From Escherichia virus TH57: a stretch of DNA of 64,000 nucleotides. The translations under genes were made by a program, and so were the position numbers. Of the stretch, positions 26,474 through 35,661 are shown piece after piece (the stretch's first letter is position 1; each line of letters opens with the position of its first letter). The notes under the pieces were generated by a model. The model made no database searches and had not been told where the DNA came from. It saw nothing but the letters and a program-made list of their open reading frames with translations. The stretch lies in sequence record MT446422.1, one strand, 5' to 3'.

Positions 26474-29188
26474 ATGCAAGAATTTTATTTAACTATCGAA
26501 CAAATCGGTGACAATCTGCTTGAACGATACATTGACAAGAACGGTCATGAACGTGTTCGTGAAATCCCTTATGCTCCATGCTTGTTTATGCATGCCCGTG
26601 AAGACCAGGCTGCAAAGTATACAGACATCTATAATAAAGGTTGTGTGAAAAAAGAATTCGATTCCATGCGTGATGCATCCCAGTGGATGAAGCGAATGAA
26701 TGACATGGGTCTCGAAGCTATGGGTATGGATGACTTTAAACTCGCATACTTGTCCGACCGTTACCCGCACGAAATCAAATACGATTCAAGTAAAATCCGT
26801 GTGGCTAACTTCGATATCGAGGTGACATCTCCTGATGGGTTCCCTGAGCCGTCTGAAGCACGTCACCCTATTGATGCCCTGACGCACTATGATTCGGTAG
26901 ACGATAAATTCTATGTCTTTGACCTTTTGAGCTCACCATACGCCACTGTGGAGCAATGGTCTATCGATATTGCTGCTAAGCTGCAAGAAGATGGCGGCGA
27001 TGAAGTCCCCGAAGAAATCCTGGAAAAAATTGTTTATATGGCCTTCGATTCAGAAGAAGAAATGCTCCAGCAGTATTTGGTATTCTGGAACGAGAAAACT
27101 CCGGTTATGTTGACTGGTTGGAACATCGAGAAGTTTGATATTCCATATATCTACAACCGCCTTAAAAATGTGTTTGGTGAAGCTACGGCAAAACGTCTGA
27201 GTCCACATCGTCGTACAAAAGTTAAGGTCATTAACAACGGATTCGGTGAAGAACAAGAAATCATTCAGATTCTGGGTATCTCTGTTCTGGATTATCTGGA
27301 CCTGTATAAAAAGTTCAGCTTCACAAACCAACCATCTTATTCGTTGGATTATGTTGCAGAATCTGAGCTGGGTGTTGGTAAACTCCCGTATGATGGTCCG
27401 ATTTCTAAACTGCGTGAATCAAATCACCAACGGTATATTTCTTATAACATCATCGACGTTTATCGTGTTGTGCAGATTGACCGTAAGCGACAGTTTATTA
27501 ACCTAAGCCAGTCAATGGGTTATTATGCAAAAATGCAGATTCAGTCTGTATTCAGCCCAATCAAAACTTGGGATGCGATTATCTTTAACAGCCTGAAGAC
27601 GCAAAACAAAGTCATTCCGGAAACCAAATCGCATGTTCGCCAATCGTTCCCTGGTGCATTTGTTAAGGAACCGATTCCGAACGCATACAAATACGTTATG
27701 AGCTGTGACTTAACATCTCTGTATCCGAGCATCATCCGACAGATTAACATCAGTCCAGAAACGATTGCCGGGTCATTTGCACCTGCGCCGATGTACGAAT
27801 ACATTGCAGGAACTGCTGACCGTCCATCTGATACATTTAGTTGTGCTCCAAACGGTATGATGTATTTTAAAGATGTTGCGGGTATTATTCCGACAGAAGT
27901 CACCAAGGTGTTTAATCAGCGTAAAGAACACAAAGGCTATATGCTTGCGGCTCAACGTAATGGTGAACTGATTAAGGAAGCTCTGCGTAATCCAGGAACT
28001 GGTACAACCGAGCCTGAAGTTGATTATCGTTATGACTTTGATGACAATATGAAAACAACCTTGCATGGTCTGAATCAAACAGTCCTGAATGGTATGTTGT
28101 ACAAAGCGCAGATGGAAGAAGTTGCTGGTATGACCGCACAGATTAACCGTAAACTGCTTATCAACAGTTGTTATGGTGCTCTGGGTAATATCTGGTTCCG
28201 TTACTTTGACCTGCGAAATGCAACCGCGATTACATCTTTCGGGCAACTTGCATTGCAGTGGATTGAGCGTAAAGTTAACGAATATTTTGATAGTGTTTGT
28301 GGTACAAGTGGTGAAACATATGTATTCTATGGCGATACTGACTCCATTTATATCCAGTGCGATAACCTGATTAAAAAGGTTGGTGGCGAATCTAAATTCC
28401 GCGATACAAACCACCTGGTTGACTTCATGGACAAGTTTGCGAAAGACCGTCTGGAACCAGCAATCGATAAAGCTTTCCGTGAACTAGCTGAATACATGAA
28501 CAACAAACAGCACCTTATGTTTATGGACCGTGAAGCGATTGCATGTCCTCCACTTGGTTCTAAAGGTGTTGGTGGATTCTGGACGGCGAAGAAGCGTTAT
28601 GCTCTGAACGTGTACGATATGGAAGGCACACGATATGCTGTTCCGAAACTGAAAATCATGGGTCTGGAAACTCAAAAGTCGAGCACACCAAAAGCATGTC
28701 AGAAAGCTCTGAAAGAATGTATCCGCCGTATGTTGCAAGAAGGTGAAGAATCTCTGCAGACGTACTTCAAGGAATTCAACAAGGAATTTAATGAGCTTAA
28801 TTACATGACCATCGCAGGTGTATCATCGGTTAACAACATCCAGAAATATAATGAGGGTGGTTTCCCTGGATTTAAGTGTCCGGCTCATATCAAAGGCGTG
28901 CTTGCTTACATGCGTGCAACCAAAGGGCTGAAGACTGTTCCACAAATCATGGAAGGGGAAAAGGTGTATGTGCTTCCTCTTAAAGTTGGTAACCCGTTTG
29001 GCGAAACCGTGATTGCGTGGCCATCAGGGATTGAACTCCCGATTGAAATTCGTGACCAAGTCTTGCAGTGGATGGACTACAACACACTGTTCCAGAAGAC
29101 TTTTGTTAAGCCATTGACAGGGTTCTCTGAAGCAGCTAAGGTTGATTACGAGAAAAAAGCATCTCTTTTTGATATGTTTGACTTTTAA
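26474..29188 (+). CDS. 43: DNA polymerase gp43 (family B)
   Basis: 904 aa, uninterrupted; exonuclease and polymerase motifs (FDIE, YGDTDS). Confidence 0.95.
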   Translation: MQEFYLTIEQIGDNLLERYIDKNGHERVREIPYAPCLFMHAREDQAAKYTDIYNKGCVKKEFDSMRDASQWMKRMNDMGLEAMGMDDFKLAYLSDRYPHEIKYDSSKIRVANFDIEVTSPDGFPEPSEARHPIDALTHYDSVDDKFYVFDLLSSPYATVEQWSIDIAAKLQEDGGDEVPEEILEKIVYMAFDSEEEMLQQYLVFWNEKTPVMLTGWNIEKFDIPYIYNRLKNVFGEATAKRLSPHRRTKVKVINNGFGEEQEIIQILGISVLDYLDLYKKFSFTNQPSYSLDYVAESELGVGKLPYDGPISKLRESNHQRYISYNIIDVYRVVQIDRKRQFINLSQSMGYYAKMQIQSVFSPIKTWDAIIFNSLKTQNKVIPETKSHVRQSFPGAFVKEPIPNAYKYVMSCDLTSLYPSIIRQINISPETIAGSFAPAPMYEYIAGTADRPSDTFSCAPNGMMYFKDVAGIIPTEVTKVFNQRKEHKGYMLAAQRNGELIKEALRNPGTGTTEPEVDYRYDFDDNMKTTLHGLNQTVLNGMLYKAQMEEVAGMTAQINRKLLINSCYGALGNIWFRYFDLRNATAITSFGQLALQWIERKVNEYFDSVCGTSGETYVFYGDTDSIYIQCDNLIKKVGGESKFRDTNHLVDFMDKFAKDRLEPAIDKAFRELAEYMNNKQHLMFMDREAIACPPLGSKGVGGFWTAKKRYALNVYDMEGTRYAVPKLKIMGLETQKSSTPKACQKALKECIRRMLQEGEESLQTYFKEFNKEFNELNYMTIAGVSSVNNIQKYNEGGFPGFKCPAHIKGVLAYMRATKGLKTVPQIMEGEKVYVLPLKVGNPFGETVIAWPSGIELPIEIRDQVLQWMDYNTLFQKTFVKPLTGFSEAAKVDYEKKASLFDMFDF

Positions 29189-29190
29189 GT

Positions 29191-29257
29191 GTTTACAACG
29201 GCAAAGGACTGCCGTATGATTACTCCATCAACTGATGAATAACTTAAGGATATTAAA
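29191..29257 (+). promoter_or_regulatory. early promoter, CATCAAC leader type, upstream of imm
   Basis: GTTTAC, 18 bp, TATGAT, TACTCCATCAACTGATG leader. Confidence 0.5.
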
Positions 29258-29500
29258 ATGGAAACATTAATTGCGGGTACTGTTGTTCTGGGTGCTGGCT
29301 CTTTCTTCCTGGCTGCACTGGCATATTTTCTGCCGTGGATTATCGCACTACTGCGAGGAACCAAAAGTAATTGCGGAATCTTCTTTGTTAACCTCCTGTT
29401 AGGTTGGACAATGGTCGGATGGTTTATTGCATTTATCTGGGCACTCGTTGCTGAGCGTAAATCAAACGCACAAGTAATTATCATCAAGGAAACCAAATGA
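29258..29500 (+). CDS. imm: superinfection immunity protein Imm
   Basis: 80-aa two-TM protein with YFLPWIIA motif; downstream of 43 as in T4. Confidence 0.8.
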   Translation: METLIAGTVVLGAGSFFLAALAYFLPWIIALLRGTKSNCGIFFVNLLLGWTMVGWFIAFIWALVAERKSNAQVIIIKETK

Positions 29501-29640
29501 AGATAATTACAATTATTATACTGATTGCATTTTTTAGTATGTCAATCTATTGGGCAATAATGACTCCGCATATGATTCCAACTTTAATTTTGGGTTGGGT
29601 ATTTTTGGGGCTCCAAGCTCGCTATGAATGTTTTAATTGA
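29497..29640 (+). CDS. hypothetical small membrane protein (imm.1 position)
   Basis: 47 aa, ATGA overlap with imm; not in track. Confidence 0.4.
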   Translation: MKIITIIILIAFFSMSIYWAIMTPHMIPTLILGWVFLGLQARYECFN

Positions 29641-29650
29641 GGAAAATACA

Positions 29651-30154
29651 ATGAAAAAGTTAGCTATCGCAGCTGTTATGCTGCTATCTGGTTGTGCTTA
29701 CCAGGGCGATGTAGTTAATGTCAGTGAAATTGGTAAAGCGCGAATTGCTGCAGACCGTCAGGTGCATAATGGTTCCTTTGATTTCAAAGGTGGTACTGGA
29801 CTTATCTACAAACGCGACAACAATCAATGTGGAAACAACTGCGCAAAATATGCTCAACAAGAAATTGAGTACAAACGCGAGCAAGCTGCAAAGCATGACG
29901 AAATCATTGCCAAGCTGGAAGCAGAAACTAAGCGACAAAATGACTTGGATACTGTTAACCAGATTTCACAGGTCTGCATGTCATACATCAATATGCAGAT
30001 AAACATCATGCGCGCGGAAGCTTATCAGGCAGCGGAGACGGGTTCTCCAAAAGCCAATGAGTATCGCGATATGTATCAGCGGTCTGCTCAAAATCGTCTG
30101 AGCTATATTAATAAATGTGTGGCTAAAGAGAAAGCCCGCCAAGGTATTAACTAA
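29651..30154 (+). CDS. hypothetical lipoprotein
   Basis: 167 aa from ATG with GAGGAAAA SD; signal peptide plus lipobox LSGC; sits where T4 has 42 and beta-gt. Confidence 0.55.
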   Translation: MKKLAIAAVMLLSGCAYQGDVVNVSEIGKARIAADRQVHNGSFDFKGGTGLIYKRDNNQCGNNCAKYAQQEIEYKREQAAKHDEIIAKLEAETKRQNDLDTVNQISQVCMSYINMQINIMRAEAYQAAETGSPKANEYRDMYQRSAQNRLSYINKCVAKEKARQGIN

Positions 30155-30177
30155 CATTAATTGCTCTAAAAATACAG

Positions 30178-30186
30178 TGATATAAT
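30178..30186 (+). promoter_or_regulatory. extended -10 promoter element upstream of uvsX
   Basis: TGATATAAT. Confidence 0.35.
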
Positions 30187-30239
30187 TATCCTATCTTAAA
30201 CCTGTGAGAAAAATATAATGGTGCCTATGGAAAAAATGA

Positions 30240-31418
30240 ATGTCTATTGCAGATTTGAAATCCCGTTTGATTAAAGCTTCTACATCCAAAATGACTGCGA
30301 CTCTTACTAAGTCCAAGTTTTTTAATGATAAAGATGTAGTTCGTACAAAAATCCCGATGCTGAACATTGCAATCAGCGGTGCACTAGATGGTGGTATGCA
30401 GTCAGGTTTGACTATTTTTGCTGGTCCGTCAAAACACTTTAAATCCAATATGGGTTTAACGATGGTCTCTGCATATATGAACAAATACCCCGAAGCAATC
30501 TGTTTGTTCTATGATTCAGAATTTGGTATCACAGAAGCCTATCTGCGTGCAATGAAAGTAGACCCGGAGCGTGTTATCCACACACCAATCCAGTCGGTTG
30601 AACAATTGAAAGTTGATATGGTTAACCAGCTTGAAGCAATTGAGCGTGGTGAAAAAGTCATTATCTTTATTGACTCAATCGGTAACATGGCGTCAAAAAA
30701 AGAAACAGAAGATGCGATGAACGAAAAAGTCGTTGGCGATATGACTCGTGCTAAATCCCTGAAATCTCTGTTCCGTATTGTTACCCCATATTTTAGTATC
30801 AAGGATATTCCTTGTGTCGCGGTTAACCATACAATCGAGACGATTGAGATGTATAGCAAAACCGTTATGACCGGTGGTACAGGTGTTATGTATTCTGCGG
30901 ACACCGTATTCATTATCGGCAAACGCCAGATTAAAGAAACTGGTAAAGAACTTGAAGGTTTCCAATTTGTTCTGAATGCCGAAAAATCTCGTATGGTCAA
31001 AGAGAAAAGTAAATTCTTCATTGATGTAAAATTCGATGGTGGTATTGACCCGTATTCTGGCCTGCTTGATATGGCAATGGAAATCGGATTTGTAGTGAAA
31101 CCGAAAGTTGGTTGGTATAACCGTGAATATCTTGATGTTGAGACCGGTGAAATGGTCCGCGAAGAAAAATCATGGCGTGCAAAAGATACTAACTGTACTG
31201 AATTCTGGGGCCCGTTGTTTAAGCACGAACCTTTCCGTGACGCAATCAAACGCCATTACCAACTGGGTGCAATCGATAGCAATGCTGTTGTTGATGCCGA
31301 AGTTGATGCGCTTATTGCCTCCAAGGTTGAAAAATACTCTGCCCCTGAAGGTAAGGCAAAACCATCTGCGGCAGATATCGAAAACGATTTAGATATGATG
31401 GAAGACCTTGATGAATGA
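30240..31418 (+). CDS. uvsX: recombinase UvsX (RecA-like)
   Basis: 392 aa; Walker A GPSKHFKS; high identity to recalled T4 UvsX. Confidence 0.95.
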   Translation: MSIADLKSRLIKASTSKMTATLTKSKFFNDKDVVRTKIPMLNIAISGALDGGMQSGLTIFAGPSKHFKSNMGLTMVSAYMNKYPEAICLFYDSEFGITEAYLRAMKVDPERVIHTPIQSVEQLKVDMVNQLEAIERGEKVIIFIDSIGNMASKKETEDAMNEKVVGDMTRAKSLKSLFRIVTPYFSIKDIPCVAVNHTIETIEMYSKTVMTGGTGVMYSADTVFIIGKRQIKETGKELEGFQFVLNAEKSRMVKEKSKFFIDVKFDGGIDPYSGLLDMAMEIGFVVKPKVGWYNREYLDVETGEMVREEKSWRAKDTNCTEFWGPLFKHEPFRDAIKRHYQLGAIDSNAVVDAEVDALIASKVEKYSAPEGKAKPSAADIENDLDMMEDLDE

Positions 31419-31752
31419 TATCGATTTATCTGATTTAGATAATTTCGAGAAAGATGCGGAGGGAGCTAAGGCTCCTTCTGTGCCTTACTACGAAAAAAGT
31501 TTGGAGATTATCCGGCAATCCATGGGAACCGTACGACAGGAAATTCTGTTATCACTCCCTGATGGGTCCAATCACATTGTGTACGTAACCGGAATTAAAA
31601 TTGAACCATCTGGAAAAGTTTCCGTTGATTTCGGCACCCCTTCTGAAGACCGCAAAGCGGAGCTTGCAGTGCATGTAGAAAAGTGTGTTACAATGCAAAT
31701 ACAAGATGAAATTGATAAGATTAAAATGAAAAAGAGGTGGTGGAAGTGGTAG
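31408..31752 (+). CDS. 40: gp40-like protein (positional)
   Basis: 114-aa ORF between uvsX and 41 as in T4. Confidence 0.5.
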   Translation: MMNDIDLSDLDNFEKDAEGAKAPSVPYYEKSLEIIRQSMGTVRQEILLSLPDGSNHIVYVTGIKIEPSGKVSVDFGTPSEDRKAELAVHVEKCVTMQIQDEIDKIKMKKRWWKW

Positions 31753-33176
31753 AAACTATTTTATCCCAGCTACTCTTTAACAAGGAATATTTTGTTAAAG
31801 TCTGGCCATATCTTAATAACACATATTTTGAAAAGGGTCCAGCAAAGACCCTTTTTAATACGATTAACGAACACGTAAAAGAATATCAAGCGGTACCAAC
31901 TAAGACTGCACTTGATATCGCGCTCGACAGTTCTGACCTTTCTGAAGTCGAATATGAAGGCACAAAGAAACTCTTAGGAGTCCTGGCCGATACTCCAGAA
32001 GACCAGGAATGGTTGGTCAAAGAAACCGAGAAGTATGTACAGAAGTCTGCGATGTTCAATGCCACATCCAGGATTATCGAAATCCAGAGTAATGCCGAAC
32101 TTCCAAAAGATAAACGTGATAAACGAATCCCAGATATTGGGGCTATCCCTGACATCATGCGCGATGCATTGTCCATCTGTTTTGACTCTGCTCTGGGGCA
32201 TGACTGGTTAAACGATTACGAAGCTCGATTCCAGACTTATCTGAACAAATCGAAGAAGGTTCCGTTCCGTATTAACATCCTGAATAAAATCACGAAGGGT
32301 GGAGTTGAGTACGGCACAGAGAACGTTTTACTGGCCGGGACAAACGTCGGCAAATCCCTTGGACTTTGTTCGTTAGCGGCTGACTATCTTCAGACTGGTC
32401 ATAACGTGCTTTATATAAGCATGGAAATGGCTGAAGAAGTATGTGCCAAACGTATTGATGCCAACTTGTTGGATGTATCTCTGGATGATATTGATGAAGG
32501 TCATGTGTCATGGGCAGAATACAAAAGTAAGATGGAAAAATGGCGTGCTTCCGGGACTCTCGGGACTCTGAAGATAAAACAATATCCAACTGGGGGCGCG
32601 CATGCGGATACCTTCCGTGCATTACTGAACGAGTACAAACTGAAGCAAGGATTTGTACCGGATGTGATTATTGTTGACTACCTGGCAATCTGCGCAAGCT
32701 CAAGACTGAAAACGTTTACCGAAAACAGTTACGGCCTGATTAAGATGGTTGCAGAAGAACTTCGTGGTCTGGCGGTCGAGAAAAATGTGGTCCTGTGGAC
32801 TGCAGCACAGACAACCAGGGGCGCAAACGTTGCAGCTGAGATTGACATGGCTGACATCGCAGAATCCTTTGGTATTGCTCACACGGCTGACTTTATGTTG
32901 GGTGTTGTTGAGACCGAAGAATTCGCTCAAATGGGACTGCAGTTAATCAAACAGCTTAAGTCTCGTTATGGCGATAAGAACTACTATAATAAATTCAAGA
33001 TGGGTGTTAAGAAAGGTAATCAACGCTGGTATGAGGTTGATGATGATTCAGCTCCTAAACAAGGCCCTACGGTGAAAGAAGCCACTGGTGAGATGAATCG
33101 TCAGGCTGAAATGAATAGACAAACCAGGGTCAACAGGAGCGACCTGGATGACCTTGCCGCTCAAATGAAATTTTAA
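31746..33176 (+). CDS. 41: replicative DNA helicase gp41
   Basis: 476 aa from GTG with GAGGTGG SD, N-terminus aligns with T4 gp41; Walker A GTNVGKS. Confidence 0.9.
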   Translation: MVETILSQLLFNKEYFVKVWPYLNNTYFEKGPAKTLFNTINEHVKEYQAVPTKTALDIALDSSDLSEVEYEGTKKLLGVLADTPEDQEWLVKETEKYVQKSAMFNATSRIIEIQSNAELPKDKRDKRIPDIGAIPDIMRDALSICFDSALGHDWLNDYEARFQTYLNKSKKVPFRINILNKITKGGVEYGTENVLLAGTNVGKSLGLCSLAADYLQTGHNVLYISMEMAEEVCAKRIDANLLDVSLDDIDEGHVSWAEYKSKMEKWRASGTLGTLKIKQYPTGGAHADTFRALLNEYKLKQGFVPDVIIVDYLAICASSRLKTFTENSYGLIKMVAEELRGLAVEKNVVLWTAAQTTRGANVAAEIDMADIAESFGIAHTADFMLGVVETEEFAQMGLQLIKQLKSRYGDKNYYNKFKMGVKKGNQRWYEVDDDSAPKQGPTVKEATGEMNRQAEMNRQTRVNRSDLDDLAAQMKF

Positions 33177-33184
33177 AATATTTT

Positions 33185-33209
33185 AAAAGGGGCTTACAGC
33201 CCCTTTTTC
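33185..33209 (+). terminator. rho-independent terminator
   Basis: GGGGC-TTACA-GCCCC followed by TTTTT. Confidence 0.7.
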
Positions 33210-33215
33210 TTATGT

Positions 33216-33247
33216 TATAATGACCCTATCAACTACTGGAGAATAAA
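33216..33247 (+). promoter_or_regulatory. early promoter cassette, CATCAACTACTG leader type
   Basis: TATAAT, then GACCCTATCAACTACTGGAGAATAAA ATG. Confidence 0.55.
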
Positions 33248-33565
33248 ATGAAAACTATTGATTGCAAAGCGGAATACAAAGTTTATTATCATGGCTCAAG
33301 CTCTAATGCTGGAATCCAAAATATGCTTTGCCCTCCTGATGCAACTGGTGTTCTGTCAGAAGTTGGGCGCAAGAAAAATTTAGGGCGTGTGTTTTTTACT
33401 GAAGATATTGGTTTGGCCCGTATCTATGCAGGAAGAGCAGCTCGCTCGTATGGAGGAGAACCCCGTCTTTATCGTGTGATTGCACCTGTTGACGTGGTTT
33501 GTTTAAATGATACTAAAGGTGCTACAGTTTATCACGCTGACTGGGCCTTCTGTGAGGAAATCTAA
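33248..33565 (+). CDS. hypothetical protein
   Basis: 105-aa ORF directly behind a terminator-promoter cassette, between 41 and dmd. Confidence 0.5.
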   Translation: MKTIDCKAEYKVYYHGSSSNAGIQNMLCPPDATGVLSEVGRKKNLGRVFFTEDIGLARIYAGRAARSYGGEPRLYRVIAPVDVVCLNDTKGATVYHADWAFCEEI

Positions 33566-33778
33566 ATGTATAAATTAGAGAACGTAGTGTTTATTGGTTG
33601 GTTTGAAAATGGTAATATGTTTACCAAAGAAACTGCACTAGATGTTAGCGACCAAAATATGATTGAATGGGTCACAGTGCAGTATGCAGAAGTGAATAAT
33701 GCGCTGGTGAAAGCCTTTGTTAATGACAATAAAGTTTTTGAATATGATTATCGTATCCACTTATCTGAGGAAATCTAA
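33566..33778 (+). CDS. dmd: Dmd antitoxin (inhibitor of RnlA/LsoA-type toxins)
   Basis: 70 aa; VVFIGWFENGNMFTKE...YAEVNNALVKAFVNDNKV closely matches recalled T4 Dmd; position downstream of 41. Confidence 0.75.
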   Translation: MYKLENVVFIGWFENGNMFTKETALDVSDQNMIEWVTVQYAEVNNALVKAFVNDNKVFEYDYRIHLSEEI

Positions 33779-34120
33779 ATGGCTTTTAATCCAGAAGACC
33801 GCGTAAAAGTAACAATCAAAGTGAGTGCTGTTGGTGTACCATCTTTTGAACGTTCTAGCATGTTCCACCCAGCAGGTATTCACTGGTATGTCCAGAAGAC
33901 TGCTGATAACTATAATGCACTGGTTGAAGCTTTTGTTGATGACAAGCTAATTCATAAAGTAGACATGCGTAAGGGTACTGCATTGCGTAATCTGATTTTG
34001 ACCGTTGAAGCTCAACTGGTAAATGAAGAAATCTGCCTTACTGATATTGAAGCAGCTCTTCATATTGCGCGTGCTGAATATTACAACTTGACTGGTTTTT
34101 CAGTTGAAGGCGAAAAATAA
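33779..34120 (+). CDS. Dmd-like paralog
   Basis: 113 aa; shares the NALVEAFVDDKLI core with the adjacent Dmd. Confidence 0.5.
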   Translation: MAFNPEDRVKVTIKVSAVGVPSFERSSMFHPAGIHWYVQKTADNYNALVEAFVDDKLIHKVDMRKGTALRNLILTVEAQLVNEEICLTDIEAALHIARAEYYNLTGFSVEGEK

Positions 34121-34178
34121 GTGTACAACAAAGGGATAATGCTGTATATTATCCCTATCAACTACTGAGGAGATTGAA
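34121..34178 (+). promoter_or_regulatory. early promoter cassette with inverted repeat, CATCAACTACTGA leader type
   Basis: GTGTAC; AGGGATAAT...ATTATCCCT inverted repeat around -10; TATCAACTACTGAGGAG leader. Confidence 0.55.
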
Positions 34179-34472
34179 ATGAAAAAGTTATTAATTGCAG
34201 CAATTCTTACCGTAGCATCATGTGGTACAGCTCCAGTTACTGCTGGGCTTGATAAAGACCTTTGTGAGTGGTCTATGACCGCTGACCAGACTGATGTTGA
34301 ACATCAGATTTATGCTGATATCATGAACATAACTAAACGTGACCGTCCTGATATGGTTAAAGAAGTGTCTGACCAACTGGCTTCTGGTGACGTTATGCAG
34401 TATAACTATGTTCTGTATTGCGATGCTTCATTCGACAACAGCAAAATTGTTCAATGGGTTACAGGTGAATAA
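34179..34472 (+). CDS. sp: spackle-like periplasmic protein Sp
   Basis: 97 aa, signal peptide with lipobox-like VASC; size and position match T4 sp; CEWSMTADQT motif. Confidence 0.6.
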   Translation: MKKLLIAAILTVASCGTAPVTAGLDKDLCEWSMTADQTDVEHQIYADIMNITKRDRPDMVKEVSDQLASGDVMQYNYVLYCDASFDNSKIVQWVTGE

Positions 34473-34473
34473 A

Positions 34474-34911
34474 ATGATTAACAGAAATTTGGTTATCAAA
34501 AAACTTCGCTGTAAAAATCCAAATGCGCAAGCATACAGAGTGTTTTGGAGCGACGAGATTCAATATCTGGGTTATTTTCTTGTTGACAGTGATAATAGAA
34601 TTACGTTTGCTCATAAGCTTCTTAACAAAGAATTAAACCATTGGCAAGAACTTATTGCAGTCAAGTCTAAATTATTTTCATGCAATGCAATGCACCAATT
34701 GGTTTATTTTTTCGCTGATGGTATTCCTGACAAGGTTGAGTTTGAAGGGTTTGAATTTAAAGACATCAATCCAGACAATGAATTGAATAATGATGTTGTT
34801 AATATGGGTATCCCTGGTAAGTACATCAAAAACAGTCTTTTGAAAATTCTGGAAAATCCTGTTTATTCAGTTGACGACCAAATTTTTAATGCCTTTATGA
34901 AGCGAGATTAA
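34474..34911 (+). CDS. hypothetical protein (61.2 position)
   Basis: 145 aa from in-frame ATG after sp stop; C-terminus DDQIFNAFMKRD. Confidence 0.5.
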   Translation: MINRNLVIKKLRCKNPNAQAYRVFWSDEIQYLGYFLVDSDNRITFAHKLLNKELNHWQELIAVKSKLFSCNAMHQLVYFFADGIPDKVEFEGFEFKDINPDNELNNDVVNMGIPGKYIKNSLLKILENPVYSVDDQIFNAFMKRD

Positions 34912-34912
34912 T

Positions 34913-35269
34913 ATGAGTTATTATAATTTTCTGAATTTTGAACTGGCCAGCAATAATGATGGTAATGCTCGTTATGAATTTCGTGAGCCTCGGTTTAATC
35001 AGGCGATTGGTTATATTATCGTTAAAGATGATGTTATCATAAAGGCTCGCTCATTTATGGTAATGGATGGACCTTATGAAGATACTCGTGGATACCCATT
35101 TGATAAAAAGAATGTGCGCGATTGCGCAATCTGGATAACTGGGAACCCTGAAATTGGGGTCATGATATCTACTGAAGCGAATGACATTCTGGAAGGGGTA
35201 GCCAAAGCTCAAGAACCGCCTACTGATATTGATGACCAGATTTTTAATGCCTTCATGAAGCGAGGTTAA
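34913..35269 (+). CDS. hypothetical protein (61.1 position)
   Basis: 118-aa ORF; C-terminus DDQIFNAFMKRG repeats the upstream gene tail. Confidence 0.5.
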   Translation: MSYYNFLNFELASNNDGNARYEFREPRFNQAIGYIIVKDDVIIKARSFMVMDGPYEDTRGYPFDKKNVRDCAIWITGNPEIGVMISTEANDILEGVAKAQEPPTDIDDQIFNAFMKRG

Positions 35270-35270
35270 T

Positions 35271-35492
35271 ATGTTTGTTTTGACCCAATTCTCTAAAGCA
35301 ATATATAGTTACTCTTGCCAGTGGGAAGTCTTTATTGATACTCCTTCGCCTAAGTATGGTGTTTTTGGACGAGTAACTACTCAAGCTTATGTTGCACGAC
35401 CGACTAAACGTCAGATTCGTAAACTTAAAAAGGCACATCGTCAATTGATTAAAAGAAGGGAACAATATGAGTGCAATGTGTACGGGCTCTAA
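35271..35492 (+). CDS. hypothetical basic protein
   Basis: 73-aa ORF. Confidence 0.45.
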   Translation: MFVLTQFSKAIYSYSCQWEVFIDTPSPKYGVFGRVTTQAYVARPTKRQIRKLKKAHRQLIKRREQYECNVYGL

Positions 35493-35658
35493 GATTTCGG
35501 TCTTCCAGATTTTTGAAGAATATGAAATCGTGTCGCAAGACCAAGAAGCAATCCATGTTATCGCTGATGATGGTGTTACCTGGATTATTCCGTTGTATCA
35601 TGAAGACACTTATGAAGTGACTGATGCAAATGGTGATAAAGCTATCTTCGTTGTATAA
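35467..35658 (+). CDS. hypothetical protein
   Basis: 63-aa ORF. Confidence 0.45.
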   Translation: MSAMCTGSKISVFQIFEEYEIVSQDQEAIHVIADDGVTWIIPLYHEDTYEVTDANGDKAIFVV

Positions 35659-35661
35659 ATA
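35654..35661 (+). promoter_or_regulatory. late promoter TATAAATA
   Basis: exact TATAAATA 17 nt upstream of the 35678 ATG. Confidence 0.5.

Noticed and set aside
27773-28414. 213-aa minus-strand ORF inside gene 43
   Set aside because: Entirely antisense to the highly conserved DNA polymerase ORF, with no RBS; long antisense ORFs are expected by chance opposite long genes.
30539-31249. 236-aa minus-strand ORF inside uvsX
   Set aside because: Antisense to conserved uvsX; low-complexity translation.
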